From the human T2T-CHM13v2.0 reference genome, Homo sapiens: DNA of 64,000 bases. The stretch lies in NCBI RefSeq assembly GCF_009914755.1, contig NC_060935.1; one strand, given 5' to 3'. The position numbers and the translations under genes are program-made. The stretch's first letter is position 1, and the number at the start of each line of letters is the position of its first letter. Positions 28,319 to 44,791 of this stretch are shown here, one piece after another. Below the pieces are notes generated by a model. It made no database searches, was not told where the DNA came from, and worked only from the letters and a program-made list of their open reading frames with translations.

Positions 28319-29399
28319 TCATTCATCCTTAAGGCTAGAAGACCATAAAAGGCAAATAAGTCATCAGTTCCCCTCAAATGACTGTTTCTACACCAATCTG
28401 TGGCCAAAGCTTAGTCAGTTACTACATACTGAAGAACGAGGCAAAAAATCTTAATTTAATCCATGTCTTTGGTCCCTTAGTCACTATCTGAAACAACCAT
28501 AACTAAATCCACTTATGGAGAGTTTACTATATTCCAAGCACCACACATACCACTTAATTATATGTTTTGGATTAATATTCAGAGTAACTCCATGGAGAAG
28601 TTGCTATCATTAACTGCACTTTTATAAAGAAGTAAACAAAAGATTATGTTAATTTTCATGTCCACAGTCATAATACTAGGAAGTAGAGCATACAGGTCTC
28701 CATCCCAAGCTGTGGTATTCCAAAATCCATGATCTGATACTACATAAGGTCCTATAATTTCCATCAATCTTGTCAGCAAACATGTGTGTGAGATTTTACC
28801 ATGAGAAAATATAGGTGTACCACAGCAAGAAACAATCACAATTTCCTTGGAAAACCCATCAAATCAGGATATCCTTCTTGTGTAGGGAAGTCAATGACAT
28901 GTATGAAAAATAGTGAAGCATTTTAAATAATCAAAACTCCAACCTTTGCCCTCCTAATAAATTCGTGCTTAAAGCTTAGCTTTACCTTGACCAAAATAGT
29001 ATTTCTGTGCCCTGTCTTTTGTACTTTGAAGTTATACTTTCAGTATGAAAAGCTTAATCTCCATCTTAAAAAGTGAGCTAAAACTCAAACTACTGAATTT
29101 GTAATAGCTGTATATATTATTGATTTGATTGTTTCTAACTGGCACAGTATATGAAAATAAGTATTAGACTTTTTAAAAACAGGGGGATTTATTCAAATTT
29201 CACCACTTCACAATATTAGAAGAGCGTAGTAGTATGGACAATCGAAAGCTTTCACATTACTATAGAAAACACATATTTGTGCTTTCAATAAACCTCAGTT
29301 CGAAATGGTAATTTTACTTATTTTTGTTTTCTGACTCCAGCAACATAGATGTCCAAAAGTAAGAGCAGTGTTAGCAATATGAAAGCCCTCAGCATGGAA

Positions 29400-29655
29400 G
29401 GATAGTGTGGCAGGAGAGAGACAGTGCAGAACAGTTAATAACATGCCTTCAGCCAGACAGGTCTGTGTTTGTATCTCACCTCTACCTCAACTAAATGTGT
29501 GACTTTGGGCATGCTATTTAGTCTCTCTGAGCCACATTCTTTTCTGTGTCACCGAGTTAACAATACGTGTCTCATAGGAATATAATAAGAATTAAATAAT
29601 ATAATATTTGCAAAAGCTATGAAAGAACCTCTTAGGCACTTAATTAGTAGGTACT
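29400..29655 (+). mobile_element. MIR (one of many degraded MIR/L2 pieces, not all listed)
   Basis: MIR core tgtgtgactttgggcatgctatttagtctctctgagccac. Confidence 0.7.
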
Positions 29656-31131
29656 ATTATCTTTGACAAAGATGTGATACTCACTGTTTAGTGGGAATCA
29701 CCATATGGGAAATTGCTTTGTTTTACTTCAAGGGAACTCTTAAGACAACTATGCAGTGAAAATGTTTGAAAGCATGCATTTTACATTTCTAAGTGCCAAA
29801 TAGAAGTAATTGGACAGAGAAGGAAATGGCAGGAAGAGACTGTAAATTAGCATAATAGCATAATGTAAAATTTAGCTTAGAAATATTTGCCCTACTCAAA
29901 TTCATTTCTAGGTAGCAGCAAGTTTGCCTATTTTCCACTTATGAAAACAAAAACTCCCTTGGGGGATAGTACAAATGAGCGAGCTTGTAACCCCCCAAAT
30001 CTGGGGAAGCTATAAACCACTTCCTAAGCCTACATGATAAACAGATGGTCTGATAAAAATAATTTCTTTGCCTTAAAATTTTATTTAAAGCCAACTATTG
30101 TAACAATTTAAAATATCTATGAGATAGAGTGGTTTTAAGAAAACAGTTAGTATTTATAATTGAGATTTAATAAAGCATAAGTAAAACATACAGAAACTGA
30201 TGTTTAAAATATGAATGAATGTGAATGCAAAACCTAACCTTGTAGAGTCAAGTTCTACTTCAGCCTACAAGGTGCTAGATGAATCCAAGAAATATTGACG
30301 GCATTTGTCAGATAAGCACAGAATTAGGAGCAAGTAATTTTCTGTTATTATTTGTGCTGAGAATAAGGGAGGTGAGGTGAAAAATGACTTCATCATAGAC
30401 CAGATATAATCCACAAATTGCGTCTATTTGTCTTTGGTGGTTCTTTCTAAAGACCTTTGCCATAGGTACATTTTCCCCTCCTCTTTTGTTAGAGAGAAAT
30501 AAGCACCATGATCTCAAATATTAGACTTTAATTAAATACTCTATTCTGACTCAGTCTACTCCAAATGAGAGCCACTTTGGAAATAAATATTTCTCCTTTC
30601 TTCTTTATCCCTCCAACATTTCCTTTTCTGTAGTTGCACCCTCTAAGGAAGACTGTGCTATAAAGAGATGGGGGAAGGAGGCTCTGTCTACAAAGCATTT
30701 CTCAAGCTAGGTCCTGAACTCTATATATTAGGTGGTTTTTACTCTTTCAACAGATATGCATTGATTATGCACCACATACTGTGCTATGAATTCATCTTTC
30801 AAAGGGCTCATGGAGCTTATGGTCTATGAGGAGAACAGATATTAATTAAACAAATAATTTAATGACTGGTGTTGAAGAGTGTACATGGGATGCTCATAAA
30901 AGGAAAGGTCAGGAAACTTAATCTAATAGGGAAGGGTCAGTGAAGGCTCCTCAGCAGAAGTGATATGAAGATGAGATGTGAAGGATGAGTAAGAGTTCCC
31001 AGACAAAGAGAATGGGTGGAGTTTAAGGTGTGAATACATGGAAGAAAATGAGGTTGTTTCCCAGGGTGAGACCCAAAAGTGGGAAAATGAGAAAGCATTA
31101 ACTAAATGAGTGAACAAAATTTAATGGGATT

Positions 31132-31432
31132 GGCGGCATGGGGTGGCTCATGCCTGTAATCCCAGCACTTTGGGAGGCTGAGGCAGGAGTATTGTTTGAG
31201 GCTAGGAGGTTGAGATTAGCCTGGGCAACATAGCGAGGCCCTATCTCTACACAATTTTTTAAAAAGTTTAGCCAGGCATGGTGCCATGTGCCTGTAGTCC
31301 CAACTACTCAGGAGGCTAAACCCAGGTGTCCAAGTTGGAGTGAGCCATGATCACACCACTGCTGCCCAGCCTGGGTGACAGAGGCAGACCTTGTCTCAAA
31401 AAAAAAAAAAAAAAAGAAAGAAAGAAAAAAAA
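31132..31432 (+). mobile_element. Alu (AluJ-like, right-arm deletion)
   Basis: Alu dimer with poly(A). TSD-like aaatttaatgggatt / aaattaatgagatt. Confidence 0.92.
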
Positions 31433-31556
31433 TTAATGAGATTATATATTAAAGAACTCCTCAAAACCATTAATACATTAGTAGGCACTATGCACTTTAA
31501 AATACATATTAATCAGCATTTTCCAAACTAGGCCATTGAAAAATGTATTTTATTTC

Positions 31557-31657
31557 ATTCTCTCCTTCCTTTTTCCTTTTCCCTTCCCCTTCCCCTTCCC
31601 CTTCCCCTTCTCCTTCCTTCCTTCCTTCCTTCCTTCTTTCCTTCCTTCCTTCCTCCT
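31557..31657. repeat. Polypyrimidine tract: (CCCCTT)n then (TTCC)n
   Basis: About 100 bp of pure C/T. Confidence 0.95.
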
Positions 31658-32743
31658 GTGCCCCCTCTCCCGACCTGGGATAATTTCCAGAGAACAATCT
31701 TTCTTTAAAAGAATGGAAGAAGTGGTCTCCAATAACCTGCTTTACTACAATTATCCTTTTTTCTCCTCTCTGTCATTTTGGTAAAATATTCTTACAGAAC
31801 CAGAAGAAATAAGACAATTTTTTTTCTTAAATGAAAAAGTAAGAAAAGAAAAACTATGATGGATATAGACTGTACACACCCAACCTCTTTATCTTCATCT
31901 CTTGCACTTCTGAACCTGAATCTTCTGAAACAAGCCTGCAATGGACTCAGAGCCTTCATACTGAGGGCTCCCTGGGCCACCTCAAGAGTGAAGGCCCGGG
32001 GTGAGATGTCCTTTGCTGTAGGAGGCAACCCATAGGGAGGCTCCAGAGCCTCATATAACTAATGGAGCTTCCGTGAGGTGAGGAAAAGCTCTCTTGTCTT
32101 TTTTCACCAACCCAAACACATTATTTCCCAAAGTGGTCACTAAACCAGTATTTGTTCTCCAAGAACAATGTACTGTTCTTATTTCCACACTTCGAGATTC
32201 CACAGGGGGAAAGAACAAACCTTTCATTTATATGACAAAAATATCAAGTACATGAGGCTATCCTCATGTCATTTTAATTATTGATGAACGTGTTAGAGTT
32301 TTATACTGCTATCCCACTTTTCCTTTTGATTCATATCCAAACTGTTATTTGGGCATTGATGACAGTGAATATGAAAAAAAAGAATTCTGAATTTTAAAAG
32401 TAATCAAATTCTCTTTCAAAGGTCTACATGACATGAAAGTATTCAGGAGCTCATGGTAACCAAAATAATTTTCATGGAATTCCAAAAAGGATTCAAGTTG
32501 AGTAAGCAAAATATGTTTTTAGATGATGATGTTTATATGAGTACTTTAGCAGAATCCTCATAACAGAGACCATTTGGAAGTGAGCTGTTCTCACTGACAT
32601 GATCGGTGTCCCCAGAACAAAAGATAAGCACTCCCATCCCTCAAATTCTCTATTGTGCTTAAATTCTCCTTTCTCACAGTGGCCTCTAAAGTGCTGAAGA
32701 CCTTTAGCACTGGAAGCTATGTTGGACAACTATCGATCTAATG

Positions 32744-32955
32744 CGGTGGTTGTCAACTGTAGGTGATTTTGCCCCTCAAAAGGCATCTGGCTACATTTGG
32801 AGACACTTTTGGAAGTCACAGTGGGGGATACTATTGGCTTCTAGTGGGTCAGGGCTAAAGATGCTGCAAAACATCCTATAATACACAGAACAACACATCC
32901 TATCGAAGAATTGTCTGATCCAATATGTCAATACTGCCATGATTGAAAAATCCTG
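32744..32955 (+). mobile_element. MER20 (hAT-Charlie non-autonomous DNA transposon)
   Basis: Ends cggtggttgtcaac and attgaaaaatcctg. 8-bp TSD ATCTAATG (32736-32743) / ATCTAGTG (32956-32963). Internal ggctaaagatgctgcaaaacatcctataatacacag. Confidence 0.85.
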
Positions 32956-34160
32956 ATCTAGTGCAATAATCCTTGCAAACACTTCTGTGAGATAGCTCTT
33001 TGTAATTTCTAGACTGGTCTCATTGTTAGAAATGTCTTTATTATGTTAAATAAAAATGTATTTTCCTAAAACTTTCTGCCTATTGGGATCCCAAAGGAAA
33101 AAAAAAATCAAATCTTTCACCCACACGACAGATTTTCAGTACCTGAGACTACTTTCATATTCCCGTTTCTCATTTTCAAGTTGAAAAGCCACATGCTCAT
33201 GTCTTGTACTTGCTTCTCAAAAAAAGCATAATTTCAGAAATGAAAGCAATAATCCAAGTTAAAACCAGGTATTTTAAGATTATGAAAGTAATAATAATAT
33301 CTGTATTACCAAGTATTGACCACTAATGATGTGCCAAGGGTTTTATACACATTATTTTATAAACTAATATTGACAATATCAAAGATGCCCTTCCAGGTAA
33401 GTATCACTAGCACTGTTTTGCAGATGATGAAACTGAGCCTTAGCAAGGTTGAGAGATACATTCACAGACACAGAAGTAACAAGTGAGGGATCTGGAATTG
33501 AGTTCTAAAATCCTTGCCCTTTGTCTGAATAGTTACTACTATTTTATTTCACATATAATTCAATTTTCCTTTCTCAGCCGTCTTCTACCTCCAGTTCCTT
33601 TTCTTCTGTCTGTACCTACATTCACTTCTCTCCTCTTCCTTTTCTTCCCATCTTTGCCTCAAGCTGGCCACAGGGCTATCACATCTGTTACCATAATCAC
33701 ATCTTAAGAAGCAGGCCAGGCCATAGAAGGGACTTACTTAAAGCCCTTCCAGCTCTACACACTACTTCTTTTGTGTTTTCCCTTTGCCTTGTGAAAAGGG
33801 CCTAGGCCTGCTGAAAGAAATTGATCTAGAAGCCTCTCTTCAGTGTGAACATAGGTGAAAAATTCTTTGATACACTGTTTTAAGAAAGTAAAAAAGTTTT
33901 CAGTGATTGAGTATATACTAAAAAGTAAACTAACCTCTATATTTTTTATAAATACAAGGATTCATTATACTATTCTCTCTACTTTTGTTTATGTTGAAAA
34001 ATAGTTTAAAAAACAACAAAAAAAAACTCTTGCTGCTCTGTACTTGACACTCAGCAACTGATTTCTTTTCTTATTCCATATTTCCTATTTAATGTTATGG
34101 TGAAGAAATGATTTTCAAAATAAAGTTGCCAACACAAGGGAAGGTTAATTTCTGAAGTAA

Positions 34161-38130
<3,970 letters not shown>

Positions 38131-38252
38131 TCTGAAGTAAATTTCTTATGAACTCAGGATTAGGCAAAACTTCTTAAGTTATTTAAGTAAAGACAAACTT
38201 ACTTGTGTATTTTCTCCCTTTTCAATTATTCCCTTCTATTTTCATGTTACCA

Positions 38253-38362
38253 ATTTCATGTATATGGGATGTATAGATGCAGACAGATGGGAACATGTTT
38301 TACAACATGCTTTACAACATGTTCCCATCTGTCTGCATGTATACATACCATATATATAAAAT
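38253..38362. repeat. Long inverted repeat (hairpin) with a perfect 23-bp core stem
   Basis: ATGCAGACAGATGGGAACATGTT (38277-38299) is the exact reverse complement of 38316-38338. Pairing extends about 24 bp further with few mismatches. Confidence 0.95.
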
Positions 38363-38439
38363 AGTTTTGCTATCTTTCTTAAGTATACATTTAAACATGT
38401 GGTCTCTGTTCTCAATTATCTTTCTTAGAAAATGAATAA

Positions 38440-38785
38440 AGTCCAAATATCCAACTTCAATGAGAATATTAAATAAATTACAGTACTTTCCTACTGTGAA
38501 ATATTATATGGTCATTAACATGAATGAGGCACATACAGTAATATGGAAAGATGTCCATCACATGTAGTTGAGTGAAAGGAGCCAGTTACAAAACAATATG
38601 ATCCAGCAAATAAATGTTAGAAACTCATGTATGCAGAAGCATATGGGAAAATATCTGGAAAGACATATGTCAAACAGTAGAGAAAAGGATTGGAAAGTGG
38701 GGAAAAATTTTTTTAAGTTTGTATTTTATTTTATATCTGTGAATTGTCTAAATGTTTATAATGAACTCATGCTATTTTTATAATT
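38440..38785 (+). mobile_element. Ancient L1ME 3' fragment
   Basis: aataaattacagtac...atggaaagatgtcca...gtgaaaggagccagttacaaaacaatatg. Confidence 0.6.
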
Positions 38786-39091
38786 ATAATAATATTAAAT
38801 GATATGCTGACTAGCTAATCATATTTGATGGTGTCCATTATTTAGCTAGATGCCCTCCCATGCCATTATTTACTCCATTTGATTTTTCTAATTTTATTTC
38901 CATTCTCTCTCCCATTACACTGGATTTTACCTTTTCTAAACACTGCCTGTTTTGTTTAATGTTTCCACCTCAACCCAGAGTATCCGTATTTCCCCTAAAT
39001 TCCATCTCCAAAGAAAATTGTGCATATATAAGATTTCCATATACATTAAAATACTCCATAAAAGGAGAAAAGTAAATATTCAAGAAATTAA

Positions 39092-39425
<334 letters not shown>

Positions 39426-39677
39426 TATATTTTGAATCAACAAGCTTTAATACGTTTTAATTCATTACTTCCTGAATTGCAAGGTGTCAAAAAATAATAA
39501 AGTGTAGTTACACAGTTCTTGAGCAGATAACTATTTTCCTTGTAAAAAGATAGCTTACTTAAACATCAAGAGTACTATGATAGCCTTGAATACCTTTTAG
39601 AATGAGACAGGACACAAAAAAAGAAAAATATGCATAGCACCCTACAAATGTGAAAAAGCAAGAGATATGTTTCTTAC

Positions 39678-39740
39678 CATTGTGAGGGTAAATGGATGAT
39701 TTTCTAATGCAGATACACTGGGACAATGTAGAGTAATATA
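39678..39740 (-). CDS. NOX4: NOX4 coding exon 11 (63 bp), HPFT FAD-binding motif
   Basis: tttttag|TAT ATT ACT...ACA ATG|gtaaga = YITLHCPSVSALENHPFTLTM. Follows a 135-bp intron. Confidence 0.97.
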
Positions 39741-39875
39741 CTAAAAAGCAACAAACAGATAAGTTTTAAATGACCAATTAAGAATTTCAACTATTTCAAT
39801 GATGCTATGTTTGCTAAATTCCAAAAATTACATAAGGATAAAGGCTATTTAAAAAGTTGCTGACCACTGACTCAC

Positions 39876-40040
39876 CTGACCAGGTCTTGCTTTAAAATTT
39901 TCTTTGACCATTCGGATTTCCATGACATCTGAGGGATGACTTATGACCGAAATGATGGTGACTGGCTTATTGCTCCGGATATACCTGTAAAGTCTTTCGG
40001 CACAGTACAGGCACAAAGGTCCAGAAATCCAAAGCCAAGT
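39876..40040 (-). CDS. NOX4: NOX4 coding exon 10 (165 bp), TM6 and start of FAD domain
   Basis: tcttag|ACT TGG CTT TGG...CCT GGT CAG|gtgagt = TWLWISGPLCLYCAERLYRYIRSNKPVTIISVISHPSDVMEIRMVKENFKARPGQ. Confidence 0.97.
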
Positions 40041-41984
40041 CTAAGACAAATTTTTGAAAATATACTTCAAGAAATACTCATATTGTAGAAATCTACACCC
40101 TGCCCAATTGCTTATTGCATACATTACAGTAATAGTATTTTAATTTGTATTTTAAATAAGAAAACATAACAAATGAGTAAAAAATAATAGATGCTCACTA
40201 TCATTCAAACAAACAAAAGTATAAAATAAAACAGAAAGTAATATCAAGACCCTACCCTCAATCTCATGCCCTGGGTGTAACTATCCATGAGCAAACAAGT
40301 ATATATTCTTTCATACACCTTTCTATGCCTACAGATATGTAATGTATATACACAATATATTTAATAAAAGAATAAAGGGGAGTTAACAATCTCCGATAAA
40401 TCTGGGGATAATTTTAGAAATAAGGTAACAGTCTAATGTTTATTAAATAAGAAAACCCTAGATTTTTAATGTACATAATGTATATGCATAATATACATAC
40501 ATATAATATGTATATATATATGTTAAATATGTATAGCACATATGTTTAAAGATGCAATATGCTAGGCATGTTGTTTACCACTTACTTTTATATAATATAA
40601 TAAGAACATAAAATAATATTTATAATTTGGAAACCATGACAGTTTTGAATATGTGTTGCATGGTTAGCCCTGATCCCAGGACACATGCAAACTTTGGGAA
40701 GTGCAGAAGCCTATGTGGCTTACTGTTCTCCTAAAATTACACACTTTATCTTTCACATCCCTTTGAGGCCTCCAACTAAAACTTGTCTTAATGGTCACTT
40801 TTTAAAGCCTCACTTTAGTTGTTTCAAATCTTCCTTCTTTCATGCAGACAGACCATGCCTCTTCTGCATATAATAACATTTAGCCCCACACTGTGTTATG
40901 AGTAGCACTACAAGACAAGGTCTGCAATGTAGCAGCCTTGCACCTTTGAGACAATCACTTACTCTTTGAGTGTCAGGTCCCACATGAGCAAAATGGGAGT
41001 CGCCATACCTGCCCTAATATTTGTGAATATTATGTGAAACTCAGAAAAGTTCTGAAAATTATAGAGGCTAATAGGGATCTAGAGGATTATTATTAATAAT
41101 AATAAACACGACTAATACACTATTCCAAAGTCATCTACAAATTCATTCTAGCTTTTGACTTCTCTTTCTTCTCTTCCAATAGAGACATTTGACATCACTA
41201 TTTCCTACTTCCACTTTTTATAGGTGAGGAATAAAAGGTGTAATTTGCACGGGGGCAGTTCTCACAGGCACAGAGGAAGATAAGGGCCCTTATTGAACTA
41301 ATCGCTGAATACTTATGGACGTTTACCAGGAGCAAGCATATTAGTCAAAGACCTGGGTTTACATGCTTCCTCTGCCACTTACTGGTTTGGAGATTTTGAT
41401 CAAGGTAAGTACAATTTCTTTATCAGAAAATCGAGGGTGATATTAATTACTTCAAATAGTCATTGCGAATATTGCAAGAAACATTCTGTATGTCTAATAA
41501 GTGTTCTGTATTAGGCATACAGGACATTTTAGCACAATGCCTGGCAGATAATATTAAGCATTCAATAAATTGATTTTGCTATTTACTATTTACAATATTA
41601 TACATAATAATATAATACAATAAAATAATAATTTGTGGTATTGGTGGTAGGTTTTTTTTACTACTATTTTTATTATTCAATCAGCTTTTCTCAAATGATG
41701 GGAAAAAATATTTGTCATCTCTTGGCTGCAAGCACCAATGCTGTTGTATGCAAAGGTCATATGGTCAGTTAAGTAGAAATGTTATATATCCTCTAATATC
41801 ATAGACCTTTTGCATTGAACTCTCAGGTACCTGTAATGGAATAATAGGTACTAACTTACTGTTGAAACATCCTGAAATATCCTATTATGCATGAATATAT
41901 AGCTTGAAAAACACATTTATATGTGATGTTGATCAGTCAAATGGAAACAAACTTTGTGGAGATCAAACACAAAATTAATCTGAC

Positions 41985-42201
41985 CTGTGGAAAATTAGCT
42001 TGGAATCTGGGCTCTTCCATACAAATCTTCACAAATTTGTGCTGGGTAAACTCTGCCGGTTTTGAAAATCCTTCAGGGAAAGGTTCATGAAAATGTTCTG
42101 AGAAATACTCTGGTAAGGAAATATTCTGAGAGCTGGTTCGGTTAAGACTGATGCAGCCGGGAGGGTGGGTATCTAAATTAGTTTGATACTTCAGCAGCCC
42201 T
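41985..42201 (-). CDS. NOX4: NOX4 coding exon 9 (217 bp), extended E-loop
   Basis: Inside ORF 41937..42317: GLLKYQTNLDTHPPGCISLNRTSSQNISLPEYFSEHFHEPFPEGFSKPAEFTQHKFVKICMEEPRFQANFPQ. Acceptor ttttag, donor gtcaga. Phase continues exon 8. Contains the E-loop His and two Cys implicated in H2O2 release. Confidence 0.98.
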
Positions 42202-43177
42202 CTAAAATTACATTTAAAACAAACAAACAGAGAAATGAAAAGATTTGAGATCAGGGGACACGGTAAAAGAAAATAATGTTTTTGTTTTTGTTTTTGTTTG
42301 CTAACTTTACACAGCATTTATCCAAAAAGTGTTCCTTATGTATTATGTTTAGGAGAAATTGAAAAATCTTAAAAAATTTTGAGAAATTCTTATCTATAGA
42401 ACTAAAACAAAAATTTTGGCACTCCAAACAAATGCTATAAATATGTGGTAGAGAAGAATACATGCAATCTCTCCAGGCATTATTGAATTTGATGGCCTTT
42501 ACTTCAAGACTATTAGGCATTCATACAATCACATACAAGTTTTCACTTCAATAAACAGTATAATGAGGAATATTTTGCTAGATATCCAAACATAAGGGAA
42601 AAATACAGGGAATATATTTAACTTGGCCAAGCCTGGATAAAACAAGCCTTGCTGATTTGCAGAGAAATGTTAAACAGAAATAACTGGAACTGGAAGTTTG
42701 TCTCTCCTATGGTCTGAAAACAATGTATATACAGCAATCAGTCCCTAAATCTGTTTACTTTTCAATTTCTCCATAGACAGAACCACATAAAAAGTTCAAA
42801 ATAATAAATCAGGCAGGAGAGCCCACACCATAAAAATCTCATTCTGATTATTTCTTATTTTGTGAGAAACCAAGACAAACCATTCAACTTTCTGTGTCCT
42901 GCCTTTCTTGTCAAGAAGTGGTTAACATCTACCTAGTAGGGATAATCCATAAAATGACAGATTGTACATAGCATCAACAAGGTCACTGCTGCATAAGCAA
43001 GTATTGCATGACAAAGTAAGATTTGGAAATGCTTGAAAATTTTGCAGTATATTTTATTATTTTAAAGAATACTAAGGAAAAATTTATTTCCAAGATTATC
43101 TGTTTTTGGTTGGTTTACAGTACATGCTTTTTAAATTATCTTTCATGCTCTCAAATACTTAATTTTAGTAGTTTAAT

Positions 43178-43418
43178 TGCCTGAGGTCAGGAGTTCGAGA
43201 CCAGCCTGACCAACACGGAGAAGCCCCGTCTCTACTAAAAAACATACAAAATTAGCCAGGTGTGGTGGTGCATGCCTGTAATCCCAGCTACTTGGGAGGC
43301 TGAGGCAGGAGAATTGCTTGAACCCGGGAGGCGGAGGTTGCGGTGACCCTGAGATCACACCATTGCACTCCAGCCTGGACAATAAGAGCGAAACTCCGTC
43401 TCAAAAATAAATAAATAA
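43178..43418 (+). mobile_element. 5'-truncated Alu (AluSp/Sq-like), about 1 kb upstream of NOX4 exon 9
   Basis: ctgaggtcaggagttcgagaccagcctgaccaacacggagaagcccc...aagagcgaaactccgtctcaaaaataaa. Confidence 0.93.
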
Positions 43419-44736
43419 CAGCTATGATGCTTTTACAAAAATAATATTTTTAAACAAAACTGTATAATGATACTAAGAGATCCATATATGAAGGTTAGGA
43501 AAGCAATGACCAGGCCAGTCTCTGGTTGTATTCACCATCTCCTCATCCTGATCACTTTCCTTTCTTCCCTCTTTGCTTATGCTCACTTCCTTTTTTAAAT
43601 TTTATTTTCTTCCTTAAAACTAGTCATCATGAAGTCATTAGGGAGCATTCAGTACATGTCAGGGGCATGCATTACATGACATCATAGTAGACCACACACA
43701 AACATACATTTTTTTTAAAGTAATACAGTAGATATAGCCTATGTATGAGATAAATTGATAAATATTATACAAAATTGAGCCAAATTTTTGTCACTAATCA
43801 TTTATAAGTTTCTAGTCACCCAATACAATTGCTGGGATATTATACTTAGACAACCTAGGAATTTGATTCAGCTTTCTTTACATTAATAATTTACCCAAAC
43901 CTTTTGCTCCTATTGGCCATCGGAAGGATAGTGACTGATAGCTAAGTAGGTAGAAAACCCCAAGCATTTATTCTACTGGCCAAAAGTTGAACAGACATGA
44001 GCATAATGCACTTAGCACTACTCCAATGGTTCTTCAGACTTCAACAGAGTCAAATCCGCCTCCTAACACTCCAGAAACTCATGATCTAGTTTGGAAGATA
44101 TCTTCAAAGAAGCTGAACATAAATCAGACTACAGATAGTAACTGGGGTAGTGTTTTAATAATAGCTTAGTAATGTATGGAAAACACCAGGTCTAGCCCAG
44201 GGAAATGTATATGCATTTTACATTATCCTCACAAAAACTGCATGAACTAGGATCATTATTCCCATTTTAAAATTTAAAAACAAAAATATTTTAAAAGATG
44301 AAATAATACCCCAGTGTCACACAGTTGATAAGTAGCAGGGCCAAGATTTGAATTCAGATCTGATTCAAATTCTATGCTCTTCACCTCTCATGATATATCA
44401 CATTAGTTCACTGAATCCTCACAACATAACTCTGAGAAATGTAAGGAAGGGGGAAGATTAATGCTTGCTAAGAAAGTATCATATCAGTAATTTTTAGAAC
44501 ATCTATTTCTCATTTAAACTTCAAAACAAAATAATCATACAAGGTAAGTGTTTTTATTTATATTACACAGATGAGAAACCTAAGGCTTTCATTCAGGTAA
44601 GAGATTAACTAAGTATAGTCAAAGCATAGGGTTCAGAAACCTACCTAGCTCACTCTATGCCCCTATGTCACGCAAAGCAAATCAGATGGTTAAATAGGTA
44701 GGCATTGTAAAAGGGGTTCAAAATAAACAAAAGTCA

Positions 44737-44739
<3 letters not shown>

Positions 44740-44790
<51 letters not shown>
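44740..44790. repeat. (TG)n microsatellite, about 25 units
   Basis: Direct observation. Confidence 0.97.

Positions 44791-44791
<1 letters not shown>

Noticed and set aside
31509-31784. Low-complexity ORFs (GRKE, FPFP, GEGE repeats)
   Set aside because: Translations of the C/T microsatellite.
41486-41522. 14-bp imperfect hairpin ctgtatgtctaata / tattaggcatacag
   Set aside because: Short, one mismatch, inside a degraded MIR. No support for function.
41937-42317. 126-aa ORF as a standalone gene
   Set aside because: It is NOX4 exon 9 plus open intronic flanks.
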